Below, piece by piece: positions 42,201 through 54,974 of a stretch of 64,000 bases of DNA (within the stretch, counting starts at the first letter, position 1; every line of letters begins with the position of its first letter). The notes beneath the pieces are model-generated. The model had not been told where the DNA came from. It saw nothing but the letters and a program-made list of their open reading frames with translations, and ran no database searches. The DNA comes from Tubiluchus corallicola (taxonomy: Eukaryota > Animalia > Priapulida): assembly GCA_030141605.1 (NCBI GenBank), contig JAQGDQ010000082.1, positions 496,001-560,000 of the forward strand, written 5' to 3'. The translations under genes were made by a program, and so were the position numbers.

Positions 42201-43749
42201 TTACTTTTTTACTGAATAGTGGCTAGACTCTTACTATGTGAAGCAAATAAAGGCTATGTAAACAGTACTTGAAGAAAAGAATTGTCTCTTGCAATTACCG
42301 AGCTTGTGGTGAATCTTCAGAATTACTTGTGCCAACACTAATCTACGGTTCCCATGGCTACGACAACGGTATTTGCCAAGAAATTTGCGGAAGATGTCAG
42401 GAAGTATCAGGAGGACCCGCCACTTGATCTTGAGCACCATGACAGCAAAAATGTAATTTCGCGAATTTTATCCTGTTATGGTACGAGTTTATTTGAGAGT
42501 TCTGTCTGATTGTCCAGCTGAGTGAGTTAAGCTCCCCTTTCATAACGTGGCGAGAATGGCGACGTCAGTACCATCTCTTAGTTGTACGTAGGTTTAACAA
42601 CGAAAATAAATGACAAAGAAAGTTTGTAGCAAGACCGAAATCTAACTAATTATCAAGGAAAATCTTCTAACAGGAAACAGGAAAAGTATCTTAGCCATGC
42701 TTCACGTGTATGTATATCCTCTCTCTTTAGGAGGCAGCATGCACACCGAACCACCCACAAACAGCTCACGCAGTGGTCCTCGCACCGTGGCACTGCTTAG
42801 CTGTCTAATAATTGTCCGTATTATCATATACGTGAAAACCATGCAATTTATTTGCAATGCGATTTGCACGTTTACAAAATAATTTTAACTTATCAAACAA
42901 TATCACACGCTGCATTGAGTATACACGATAGTTAAATAAATGCAGTTGCTCATAAGTTACTTAAACTTTAAAGGAATTCGAAAAATCATATTCTCAAGTG
43001 AAAACTTGAAACTTTTGTCTTCTCGAATGCTGAAACTATATAAAAGTGAAAACTCAACTTCGGCAAAATTTGTGACAGCTAATCTTAAGATACAATCAGT
43101 GTCACGTGACGTTCACATTATAAAAATCGTACACAAGAATAAATCCACAACGACTCCATAGTCCTAAACCAATCAAAACAAGGAACAGAAGCCTACACAC
43201 CACGCATACCAACTAATTCATCTTCACACTTGGCCGGGTTGACTTATATCGTAACTGATTTACATTCAAACAGCATACTAATAATAAATGGCCGCTGCAG
43301 ACATTAAATACAACTGAGTCATTTTTTTCGTATGAAATACTGCAGTCCTGCTTTTTACAGCCATCCCAGGGAAAATTATCTTGTCAAAGGCGGCGGCACA
43401 GCGTCGTAATTAAACACGGCGGAGGCGAATGCAATTGCGCAAGCAAAATACTGCCTGATTGCCACGAAAATAGCCAGTAATTTCCAGAAATTTTGTTGCC
43501 AAATTGACGTAACGCACGCAAAACGGTTCAATTACACACTAATACTTTCCCGCAGCTGAACTCAGGAAGTATGTTGCTACATGCGAGATTTGAATTTATG
43601 AAGTGCCTGTACTGTGTAGGACTACAGATATATTATAGTATCATAATTAAACATCTTTACACGCATTTTACAGTACAGAATACTAGAGATGCCTAGGTTC
43701 TGTTGCCGTACTTATGCTTACATATAATCCTTTAAAAATGTGATATACA

Positions 43750-44143
43750 CATGTATTGATAAATATACTGGATAATCTTCAACCTTTATTTACCCGTCGT
43801 GAAAATTCTTGTAAAAAGTTGTTCTTATCAATTCAAAATCCTAACACTCTATTGCCAGATGCCTATATTCATAGATATAGTATTCGCCATTATCTAGAAT
43901 ACCCCTTACCTAAACGCAGAACAGTGTTTGGTTCTACAACAGTTTTATTTCATATGGTTTACATAATTTTCAAACTCAATTCATTTAGTACATGTGTATT
44001 GTAACAGTGTATATATATGGTGCTTCTCGCTGTATGTTCTACCTTGTTTAGTCTTTTAAACTATTATATTTTGTAAATTTATACAGTGTTGTAATTCAAC
44101 CTTTTTGTTGTAATGATAAATGAACTTATATTATTATTACTAT
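43750..44143 (+). mobile_element. 3' fragment of a CR1/L2-clade LINE
   Basis: 'TRRENSCKKLFLSIQNP..LLP...YSIR...YPLPKRRT' resembles a LINE ORF2 C-terminus; ends in an (ATT)n tail. Confidence 0.55.
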
Positions 44144-47100
44144 AGGAAGTCAGATGCCTGTAACACGGACTTGATAAACGCGGATTTCCTTTGGGTTCCT
44201 TGAGTTATTTGATATCATACTCAGGCCGCAAACTCTGATAAGTTCCTTTGCATATGCATACATTTTTACACATGCACCTAAAGACATAACTGAACGTGCT
44301 CTTAGATCGCAGAGACACGAATTAAGTAAAGTAGTATCATTGCTAAATTGCTTATTGTGCATCATAATTATGAAAAAGCAATGATTATGATGCACAAAAA
44401 ATCTAAAATATTGTAATTCTTTTTTCTTGTGTATAACATGTATTTGGACGTAAATTCACATATAATTCATTTACTATTGTACTCGCGGTTCATAAGTACA
44501 ATAACTACTGAAAGAGAAAAGGTGGACAAACAGGGCAATATTAATATAAATACAGCTACACATCTCTGATGCAGCATAAAACGTGCAAACTTACACCAAT
44601 TCACTAATACGTAATAATGAGTTAGTTTGTGCATATAAGGGGTCTGGATATTCAAGCAGTTTGTGAGATACAGATTGTATATATAAAGTGTTGTACAAAT
44701 TGCCATGAACAGCATCTATAGTACATATACGACCTCCATTGTAGTCCATTTCCTAAGCCTTCCAGCAGCACTTCACTGCTACTTTGGCCATCTACGATTC
44801 TTAGGCATAGTACAGTGCCAATTTTGCTAACAGTACTAGGTGACCTGCGTGGGGCCGGCTATGGACACTTTATACAGACAATACAGCTCACAAAGAGATA
44901 ATAGCTGATGATATAATTTGTACTGCTTTGATCAAAGTACATTTCTCGGTCTAAGTCCGCTTCTGGGACAGCCGAACAAGGTTTTTATCACACACCAGTC
45001 AAAAATGACATTAGCCCGATCGAGAGAAGTGCCAGGACTAGCTGTTCAGTACATGAAAGCGCAATTTGCCAATCAGTCAAATACTCAACTGCAACAGTGC
45101 GATATGGCAGACGTCAATGGTACAGGTATTCATTTGCCACACACAAAACTAATAACTAACCGGGTCATGTGTTAATATAATGTTACAGGATTTTTTTTTG
45201 CAAAGTGTAAATCCAACGCCAACAAATGGGTGGCAGCAGCCAACAAGGTCCAGTTTCCGCATCTTTTCTCCTTCCCTCTTTCTACGGCTGCCTCTGATCA
45301 TCTAAGTGGCCTGGATAGAAACTGATTAAGTTTTAAAGCTTGGCCCGCGAGAAGAATTACAGGAATCCAGTCAGACGGCTGTGTGTACTACACGCTTACA
45401 ACTACAGTCAAGCGTTGATAGATGGAACGCGTGATCACAATACTAAAAACGTGACAAATTATCTTCCGAAGTAATAAGCCTACTGTACATGAGGACGATG
45501 TTAAATAGGCAAAATACTTTGGTACTGGCACTTTTTTAAAAGCACACCATGAAAATAAATTTAAATTGCAGTAGGAATTAAGGACTTCGATCAAACAGTC
45601 TAATTCTTTTCTTATGATATTACATATGTAAGCAGAGCTTACAGTAAATGAATTAGTCTTTCAACGACTGTTTCCACGAGGACTAATGCCGCAGAAGCAC
45701 CCAAAGTGTCCAAAAATGCACGTGTTACTTCTTTTGCTAGTAGGTTCGCAAATTCCTTTGCTATTGATGTATAAAAATGACAGTAAGAAAAATCTCTAAA
45801 TCATTAATTACGTCCTGCTTTAGCTTTAAGAAAAACATCAGATTTTTACTTTGTTGATTACCATATCAGGTCCAGGCATGGTCTTTTAAATTTCTTTCTT
45901 TCATCTGAACCTCAGTTTCTGCACTTTTCAATTTAAGAAAGCGGTTCCAGAAAATAAGTAGCAACAACTTGCCCTGGTCTTTCTAAAAAAAATAAAGGGC
46001 GCTCATGCGACAAACTTATTAGTTATTCAATTCACTAAGCAAATTCGAAAGCCATAAAGCGCATGAAGCTTTGTCCGGTTTTGCTCTGAAAGCGAGGAAA
46101 ATATCAATTTTCAAATTGCTTGAAGCACTATCTTCAACAGTCATATGATCGTCCCGTCAGTGCCCTTGAGAAAGAGTTATTGGAGCCGACGAATGCAGCA
46201 ATCATTAATCAACATGTAACTGGCAAGAACGTGGATGAAAATGGATCTGGAAATTTCCGTAGATGGTTCAGAATTTGTGAAAGTAAACAAATAAATCGAG
46301 ACTCGTACAGATATGGCTTGCTGAAGACACAACATTTACTTTTCAACACTCGCACTGTGCGAAATGAATGACAATTTAAAACTGTTTATCGAGGGTTATG
46401 AACTAGCTAGACAAATTTATTTGGCTCTAACAACGTAAATTATTTTCCACGGTTCTTGCTTAAAGGCATGGAGTGAATTGTTTGTCAATTATTGGGATGG
46501 CATATTCGCATGTTCTTTGCCACCCCATACCCACTTTGTTTAGACAAATAAATATTTATGTCGTCTGTTTTTATTTTGTCCGGAGAAAATAATGATTTCA
46601 ACTTGAACTACTAATCTTATTATTCCTAGATGCTTAAATCACGGACACCTAGTTTTGCCTATTCGACGATTACACGAATGTCTGAGTCTACCTTTAATTT
46701 GTCTGTACAAACATCAAACAAAAACGAAAATATATCACTGTTTCAGTTTAGCTTTTCAGTTCTTGATACGTAATTAGTCTTTTAAAATTCAACAAGTTGT
46801 ACGTTAGCTCGTTAACTCAGTTAGTTAATTAGTTCGTCCTGACGCGAATTCTATTTGCTTAGACAAATTGACATATAACAGAAATGAATTACAAAAGAAT
46901 TTGTAAAACCAAGGTGATAAAAACGGCTTGTTGCGTAAATGCAATCTGGGCAGCTTGCATTTACGAAATGTTTCCATATTCGCTGCAAAGTACCACATTT
47001 GCACAAAGTTTGCGCAAAAATATCACAAAGCAACATTTTTGCATTAAACATACATACATACTTTACATACTCACTTTATATACTTATCAATATCTTCTTT

Positions 47101-49743
47101 TTGTTAAAAATGTTGATGGATAACTCAATGATATCTAAGTATGACAAATGGATCTACAACGTCAAATATTTAATTTCATACAGTCGTTTAAGTGGTCAAA
47201 GATCAAGTGTTGCTCCAAGATTACATTTCAAAGTTTCACCAATTACGACAGTAAGCTGATGTACCATTGATACATTCTGAGCAATTACACCCGTTGCAAA
47301 ACAGCAAAAAACCCTGCTCAAAATCAGGAAATTATTCAAGAGCAATGCGGCGAAGTCTAACCGAGTCGGGCGGACTGATCACTATCATTGTGACTTGGTG
47401 ACTCAACTAATGACGATATTGGCTTAAATAACATATTATTCATGTCTGTAAAGCTGCAATTCTTTTGAAATTGTGTCAAAATCCCAGCGGTTGGCCCGCC
47501 CCACCTGTTACAAAAGGCGCAGGAAGTGCACAATTTTAGGCGCAGATAAGTCCAAATTAATAGCAAGGCTCGACCGTTCGAATGTAGGTCTTTTTTAAGA
47601 TATGGCTATAGCTAGATAGAAATAGCTATGGCAAGTGGTATTAGGCGACCAAGCAGAGAGCGCAAGTATCTGACAAAAACTTTTATTGTCATAATGACAA
47701 TTCTGATCGTTGAACTATTGAAGCATTGCCAGAATGTATGAACTGTCAGAGCAGTTTTTGCCGAGTCCACCAATTCGTATACATACTGCAGACCTGCCAA
47801 TAAGATAGCAAATCAGCAGTTTGCTGTTCAAATGAAGGACATGTGGGATTTCCAACACAATTTCAGTATTAATCCCCCAAAAAAGCAGAATGTTCAACGT
47901 TTTTATTCTATACCAGTTTCATATATAATAAGGTCCAGCTATATTTAGATACATAATATATCTATATACAGCAATTAAGCATTACTTTTAAAAATAACTA
48001 AGAAATGAGACGTATTACACAAAAAAACAAATAAAACTTTAGCTAGGGCAATAAGATCAAGTAAACTATAAAGACGTAAATTGTTTTCATAAATTTCATT
48101 AGCTTAATTAAAAATTTCAAATATCTCTGACACTCAGTCCAGACTAGAGGTAACTATTTTCTGTTAACTTCTACAAACTTACACAAAAGATTAACTGTAT
48201 CAAACAGTCCCAACTATATAAATTTCTAGTAACGTACTAACTAATAATAAAAGTCTAAAATATAAGAAAATGTAAGTTCCTCAAATGACAATCATAATAA
48301 TAATACAGTAAGAGGTCATATTCTCAACAGACACATGCATATTAATACATCCTCCACGTCCATGTAGTCGTCAGCTATATCCTTATAGTGTTTGTAGACC
48401 AATATTCCGTTCACTGTGATTAGTGAAGAGTTCCATGTTAGTCCTCTCCTCCTCAAGAGCATAGTTGTGAAGCCAACATTACAAATTGGTTACATGCATG
48501 CATGTAATGTTATGCAGGACATTATGCCACTCACACAACATGACAGTTGGAATTATTCCCTGTGGTCTACACCGCTATTATTGAATAATCTGGTGAATCA
48601 CGATAATCAGGTCACGTCTAGACGAGGGTTATCATAAGACTCAGGAGACATTTTCACTTCCAGCACAACGCACTTATAAGTAAGTATATATAAATAAGTT
48701 AAAACAACACTAAGCATTCTCTGTAAAGCTGCAAAGGCTTTATGGGCTTCTCTGTGGTCCATTTATTCTAGCTGTTCAGTCAACAAGAAATTTAGAGAAA
48801 GTTATTCTCAATCAGAAACCTTGTACTTGCATACCCAGTAAAATGTTAAAATAAGTAACAAAAAAACTGGGTTAGGACTTTGACAATGAAGTTATAAAAT
48901 TTTCACGCACATAGTAATCCTGCCTACAAATTAATGATCTAATTATATGGTAATATCTTTGATTTCGTCAAATAACAAGTGATAATAAAACGATAATATC
49001 ATTACATTATTACAGTCATTAAACATAATATAGCAACGTTTCTGAAGCATTAAAACAAGATACTAGTTTCATAAAAAACATAGTTCCTTGCAACTTGTTT
49101 ATGCATTTATAATCAACAAGCAAATATTTATAATAGATTTATGAATCATAATTTTGCCAAGTCATAATGTATACATATAGACTAAACATAGGCCTCAACC
49201 AACATTGATCACTGGACTAGTAAATTACAGTAATTGTCTCAAGATTGCTCCCTTTAGTTGGCAATACCCAGCTTTCAATCTGACTCAATAAAGTGGTTTT
49301 ATGATCCTTCATCCTATAAACCTATATTTTTTGTTAAACATTTTCTGTTTTTACAACTCTCAAGCACACGTCAATCACCACACTGGAAAAGAAAGATAAC
49401 CCACTCATAATTCACTTAGCTGGAAGGCATAAATTTTTTTATCACACTGCCAAAAGTACAAAGAGAACCATTGAGAGTTGCAGTAATTTATTACTGAGCA
49501 ATTGGTCTCGTTAACGTCTTGAAACTGTGGCCTACATAGAGCACTGGGTGTGAAAAGAACACCCTTTCACTGACTTTATTAACGAAACCCCACCGAGCTA
49601 GCTGAGCTAAAATTTAGCCACGAAAACGGCTAAAAGCTTATTATTATTAAAAACTTATATATATTGTGTAAAAGCACCCCTTGCACTGCCAAATAATTTA
49701 ATTTTTTTCCTATAGTAAATATTTAGAAATCAAAAAAACTTAC

Positions 49744-49902
49744 CTGAGGCATACGATCAGATGGGGGCCGCCTAACAGCCTGTATGAACCATGGATCAGG
49801 ATATGCAGTGGGTGGTGACAAAAGAGGAGGGGGAAGAGGAGGTGGGGAATGTGCCACTGGTCGGGCAATCATGGGGACTGGCTTCGCACCAGGGTACCAC
49901 AT
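49744..49902 (-). CDS. RAPGEF2: PDZ-GEF (RAPGEF2/6) first coding exon; the exon begins at 49962 with 5' UTR
   Basis: MWYPGAKPVPMIARPVAHSPPPLPPPLLSPPTAYPDPWFIQAVRRPPSDRMPQ|gtaagt; its end matches vertebrate 'FRQAVMKNPPERTPQ'; phase 0 into the next exon. Confidence 0.85.
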
Positions 49903-51925
49903 GTTGCTGTTGTCGGCGCCGATCTAAGTACACGAGATGTTCTCCATGTAGTAAGATATGAACTGAAAATAAAAAAGATTCCAGTACATGAAATAGTAAA
50001 TGTAAATGCAGTTAATAATAACTTTGTACCTACTTAGTTTCAAGCTTTTCAATCATTAATATAATGAAGAAACCAAATTTATTGAAAACTAAAATGAAAT
50101 GTGAATGAGCCTGCAATTCAACCAGGATGCTTGGGATAAGAGCTCAACGTTTTAGCCATAAGACCATCTAGTCCCTTTTGGCTTTTGATTTTAAATATCA
50201 TTTTATCACCTATACAGTTACATGAGCAAACAAATGTATGCTTAGTTACGTACAACTTATATGCATTCTTATGTCAAATGAATTGCATGTAATACTAGAT
50301 ACACTACAAAATTAAATTTAAGCCTACCACAAAAATTCTTACTCACAGAGCAAAACGTGTAAATGTCTTAATGTTGCTCTAGGTAGGTCTACTGAGCGGA
50401 ACCATGTGCATCATTCTGTTAAGTTCTGTGAAGTCTAAACTTACATTACAGAGCTTGCATTTACGTCTAAAATAATTTTTCTTATTTATTTCTCCTCTAG
50501 GACATGTGCAGATTTAAAATCGTGTACTTACTTACAGTACTTGCCCAACATCAGATATAAGACCTGACATGGCAGAGTTTGTCAGTGTTGATGGACCGTA
50601 TGGACACAAAGAATCACAGTGAAATATAAACATCATTCAAGCTTGACGAAATAAAGCTAGATCATCATTCTCGATATGAACAGCCAATAACAGTGTGCGT
50701 TGGTGACTCAGTAGAAGAGCTCATTTATACCAGGTGCTGTACGTTTCCCAATCAAAACACATAATGCTGATAAGTTGCAACAGAAATCATTTCAGAAATT
50801 CTACAAGAATCAAACCAACTTACCTATACCATCTGTATGTTGTTATTACACCCAAAATTCTTCTTGGTATCCAATGAGACTGAGATACAACGCGTTAAAC
50901 AAAAAATAGTTGGCAATTAGGAAGTTTGCAAAACAAATTGCTTGGAAGCGTGCCAGGAATCAACGACTCAAGTAACACAGGTTTCAGATACAACACACTG
51001 CACTCAACGTTGATATACGTAAGGCACCTATAAGCTAGTACCACGTGAAATAAATTATAAAATTACTAACACTGTCATTCACGATGACTACCAATGGATA
51101 AACGTAGCTTACGACTAGCGCTGTATAATATTTCCATTTGAACAATTTTACTGGATCAGTGTCTAATAATGCTTGGGGATGGCCAATTGCATACAACAGG
51201 CAAAGAAATTGATCACTGTTATATTTGCTGAACACGCAAGTGCTTTCTTATAAATAGATCACTGTTAAACTGGCAAAACACATACACATTAATTATTCCA
51301 TAATACTGATGGCAGTCCAAAAAACTCTGAATCACACTATAACTGGTGAAACAGAAGTGCAGATTTCAGCAGATCGAGCAAATGCTTACAACAGCACAGC
51401 AGTTCAGCACCTGTAAAAAAGAACAAACTACTATTAGTATAACAACAACAGCTAATTACAAATGCCCAGCTTAATGCCTACTATAAAATGATCATAAATC
51501 TGAGGGTGCAGTGTTGCACGGTAGTTGGAACACGCAAATAAACTAAAAAGTCACGAACTAAATTTAACTAATGTTTAATCAATGTGGTCACTTAAGCTAG
51601 TCGAACTACTAAATCAAAGGAAACAATTTAAAGAATTGAACCAAATGTACCAAATAAACAAATGACCAAAATAATAATAGTCATAAACGGTTTAAACGCT
51701 TACTACTTTGCACACTTTCTGTTAATTAAAGTTTCTCTTTTGACGTTAGTACTGTAATTTAAAGTTCAGGCAACCAGAATCATCCAACGTAATTTTCTAC
51801 CGTATACATGTACAGATGAGATAAGAGAACAGCGCGCTACAACAACTGTAACTCTAAAATGAACAATACACAATTACGCGCCGCGATCAGTTGTCCACAA
51901 AAGTAAACACAAATACATAACTCAC

Positions 51926-52300
51926 CAAATCATCATTACTAATACTAGCTAAGACAATGTATACTCCTCCCGTCATTCACGTTAACGGCATACACAAATG
52001 CTTTCGCTTTCAAAATAGTGTTTATTTTGTAAACAAATAACTTGAGCGACATTATACCATCACAAAATACTCAACAGCAAACTACCAGACAAACTAAATA
52101 CAAAAGCGAAGTGTAAACCGCTTTCTGCTTTACGGTGCCAGTTCGCTTACTCTAGTACTCTGCTCACAACATCTGGCGAAAGCATTGGGCGAAACTCGCA
52201 CACCGCGAGAGAATCCGAGACGCGCACCTGCTGTAAGAAAACTACGAAAACGCACCACAGCCAACCGCTCGCTCGCACAGTGAAAAGCGGAATGACGCGT
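51926..52300 (-). promoter_or_regulatory. Putative PDZ-GEF promoter and first (5' UTR) exon
   Basis: CpG-enriched patch at about 52130-52300 followed by donor TTG|gtgagt at 51926; further candidate UTR exon with acceptor at 51410 and donors at 51390 or 50824. Confidence 0.5.
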
Positions 52301-52439
52301 TCAATATTGTAGTTTAACTGAATAATATGAATATCATAGCTCTGGGTGCATGGATTAATACTCTGTCTGTAATAAACACGCTCTAAGTTATTGTCCGCTA
52401 ATGTAATCTATATCAGTGTAACCAAATAAAAGCCATTCC

Positions 52440-52741
52440 AGACTTACAGTAATTTACACTGTTTTACTTATGAAACTAATAGGACACATAGTAAGGCAGT
52501 TCTTTTTAGTAATAGAACTGCTTGTCTATCGAACAGCTTACCTGAGTATATAGTGTTGGCCCCCAGTACAAATGCTTTTAAGGAAAGATATGACAGACAC
52601 TCATAATTATTTTGTAAAATAATTGAATATCATTAACGGTGACTGTAGTAATCAATTTGAAAAACATTTTTACGATGTGTACTTTTTATGTATTGAATTC
52701 ACACTTTTATCACACAATAAAATGTATTATTATTATTATTA
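52440..52741 (+). mobile_element. 3' fragment of a CR1/L2-clade LINE
   Basis: Degenerate 'FFFSNRTACLSNSLPEYIVLAPSTNAFKERYD' (typical ORF2 C-terminus), then AATAAA and an (ATT)n tail. Confidence 0.65.
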
Positions 52742-54143
52742 CGAACCTAGTTCCTCTGTTTACCATCTAAGAATTACCTAAAATTACCATTCGATATCTA
52801 TGATCTAACACAGCTAGTCATTGCATACCTCCTGTTAATCTATTGATCAATATATCCACAGGTTTCACTTTCAGATTTAAATCAATGAGATTTTAATATT
52901 AATTTGTTTTACTATTTTAAAGACGAATTAGATCTACTGTTATAAAAGTTTTCGACATTGTATTATAAACGCTATTAATTTTATCTTTAATTGGATTTCC
53001 ACTTCAGCTTACTTTTATACCAGCACAAGTAGCTATTCATAAAATAAAGGTATTTGCGGTACATATGAAATGGTAATTAAAATATAGCACTAATGAGCTT
53101 AGACTAATCACAACCTTTAGTTTAGCTGTAATGCACATTGTTCACAGTTGACTTGCCTAAGTTGCAAAAAAGTTGCAATTGGAAGAACTATTATTAATAG
53201 AAAAGTTTTATCATCAGTCACTCTAGCTGTCACTTCATGCCACAGGCAAATTTTAAATAAACGTATATAAGGATAGCATCCACAATTCCACATAATTTAT
53301 TGTATTCTGAGTTTCTTTTTATAAATAAAACCCAATAAAATAAAAACTTGTCAAAAAACACAACTCACATGACAACATAACATATAAAAGTTGTATTAAT
53401 TTCAATTAATTACTAAGTACATGATGTGGTAATCAGGAATGAGGATTAGTAATTTGCACAAGCAACTAATTTTTAGTCCTCTACCAACGAACAAACAGAA
53501 AATTAATCATGGGAAGAATACACAAATACATCTAAAAATATTTGTGGGGATAAGTTTGTAAAGCAAACAATCATATTTTTTACATGTTTATTGTAACTTT
53601 ATTTTTATCAAATATAGACAACGGACAGATTTCAAATGATGCTTGTTAAAACAATACAAGAAATAAATGCATGTGTTTGTTACCTTGTTCTACCTTTTTA
53701 AATATTATTCTTGCCTGGCATTTCAAGAAACTTTCTTGTGTTAATGAGACACGATCAGATTCATTTTACAGCTGAATGGCAAAGTGCTAGTTTATTACAG
53801 AAGTACAGGACCATTATCGAACGACAGTACCAACTAGAGCCAGGGATGCCCAAGCATCGGGAAGCTAGAATGATAGCTTATGTCTAATCCCTGTACAGTA
53901 TACGATTTGCAATAATAATTTTAATCACGAACCACATTTCAGAATGGTCGATATGGCATCTTAAAATTTAAAGCCATCAAAGAATACCATTGAAAAAAAT
54001 ATTCATTTTTGTAGTGAACACTTCAAATCATTTTATTACGCAAAACAAATAGATGGAAAAATGCCAAATGAGTGGTCAAGGTGTGCCCTTATTGACACAC
54101 GATAGGCAATGCGGAGCCTATTCAGTAAATGGATAGGTGGCTG

Positions 54144-54212
54144 TCAGGAAAGCTCCTCTGGGACAGCTTCACGTCTCACTTTCTCCAGCTGTTGAGTTCG
54201 TTTAAATAAGAC
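54144..54212 (-). CDS. Candidate alternative terminal exon of LRPAP1 (VLFKRTQQLEKVRREAVPEELS*)
   Basis: ctttcag| acceptor, phase 0 like exon 8, 22-aa charged helix-like ORF of similar length in a locally GC-richer patch. Confidence 0.35.
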   Translation of the reverse strand, partial: VLFKRTQQLEKVRREAVPEELS

Positions 54213-54908
54213 CTGAAAGTGACTGAACATGACTGTTGGCTTACTGTTTCATCCTAGGCGATTATTATTGATACTAAGCTAGATTTTGGTCCTGCCACAC
54301 TCATGTAAAATTGAGTTCTGAATTCAGCCTTGTAAAATGCAGCATGTAATTACCCAAATAATGATACAGTTGGCATTGGTGGCAAATTATAAATGACCTA
54401 ACCGCTACAAAATTCTGAAATGCAGAATTCCAGCTTTCTACATCAAGCACTACAAATACTATGTACACATCTTACAATAACATGAGCAAGAAAGTAACAA
54501 TAATTCGGCTATCAAACCTGATGCACCACAAAATTTACAACCTGAGAGATTGCTGACAAATATAAACAACTGAAAGTATAGCACTAACTCCAATCTCCAA
54601 TTACCATATTACAAAACAAATATCAATACAAAAAAATGTCATATAAAAGAACAATAACAGCTTTTTGAATGTATGTTGTTATGCACTTTTTTATAACTGT
54701 ACTAAACATCACAAGTTAGCAAATAGCCTCATCACAGCTGCCTATAATACAACAACAGCTTGCAGTTCGCTTCCCCACCTCCACATAACACATGCAGAAA
54801 GAAAAAAATCAGTTTTAGAAATAGTCTGTAGTCAAACAGAATGCTGACTTTGGGAGCAAAAAACAGTAAAATGTCATATAAAAACTATCACAATATGTTG
54901 CTCTAGTG

Positions 54909-54974
54909 CTATAGTTCTATATGTTTCATTTTCTTCTTGATTCTTTTCTGAATATCCTTTTCAGTCTTTTCCAC
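54909..54974 (-). CDS. LRPAP1: LRPAP1 exon 8 (terminal, HIEL ER-retrieval signal)
   Basis: cag|VEKTEKDIQKRIKKKMKHIEL*. Confidence 0.92.
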   Translation of the reverse strand: MEKTEKDIQKRIKKKMKHIEL

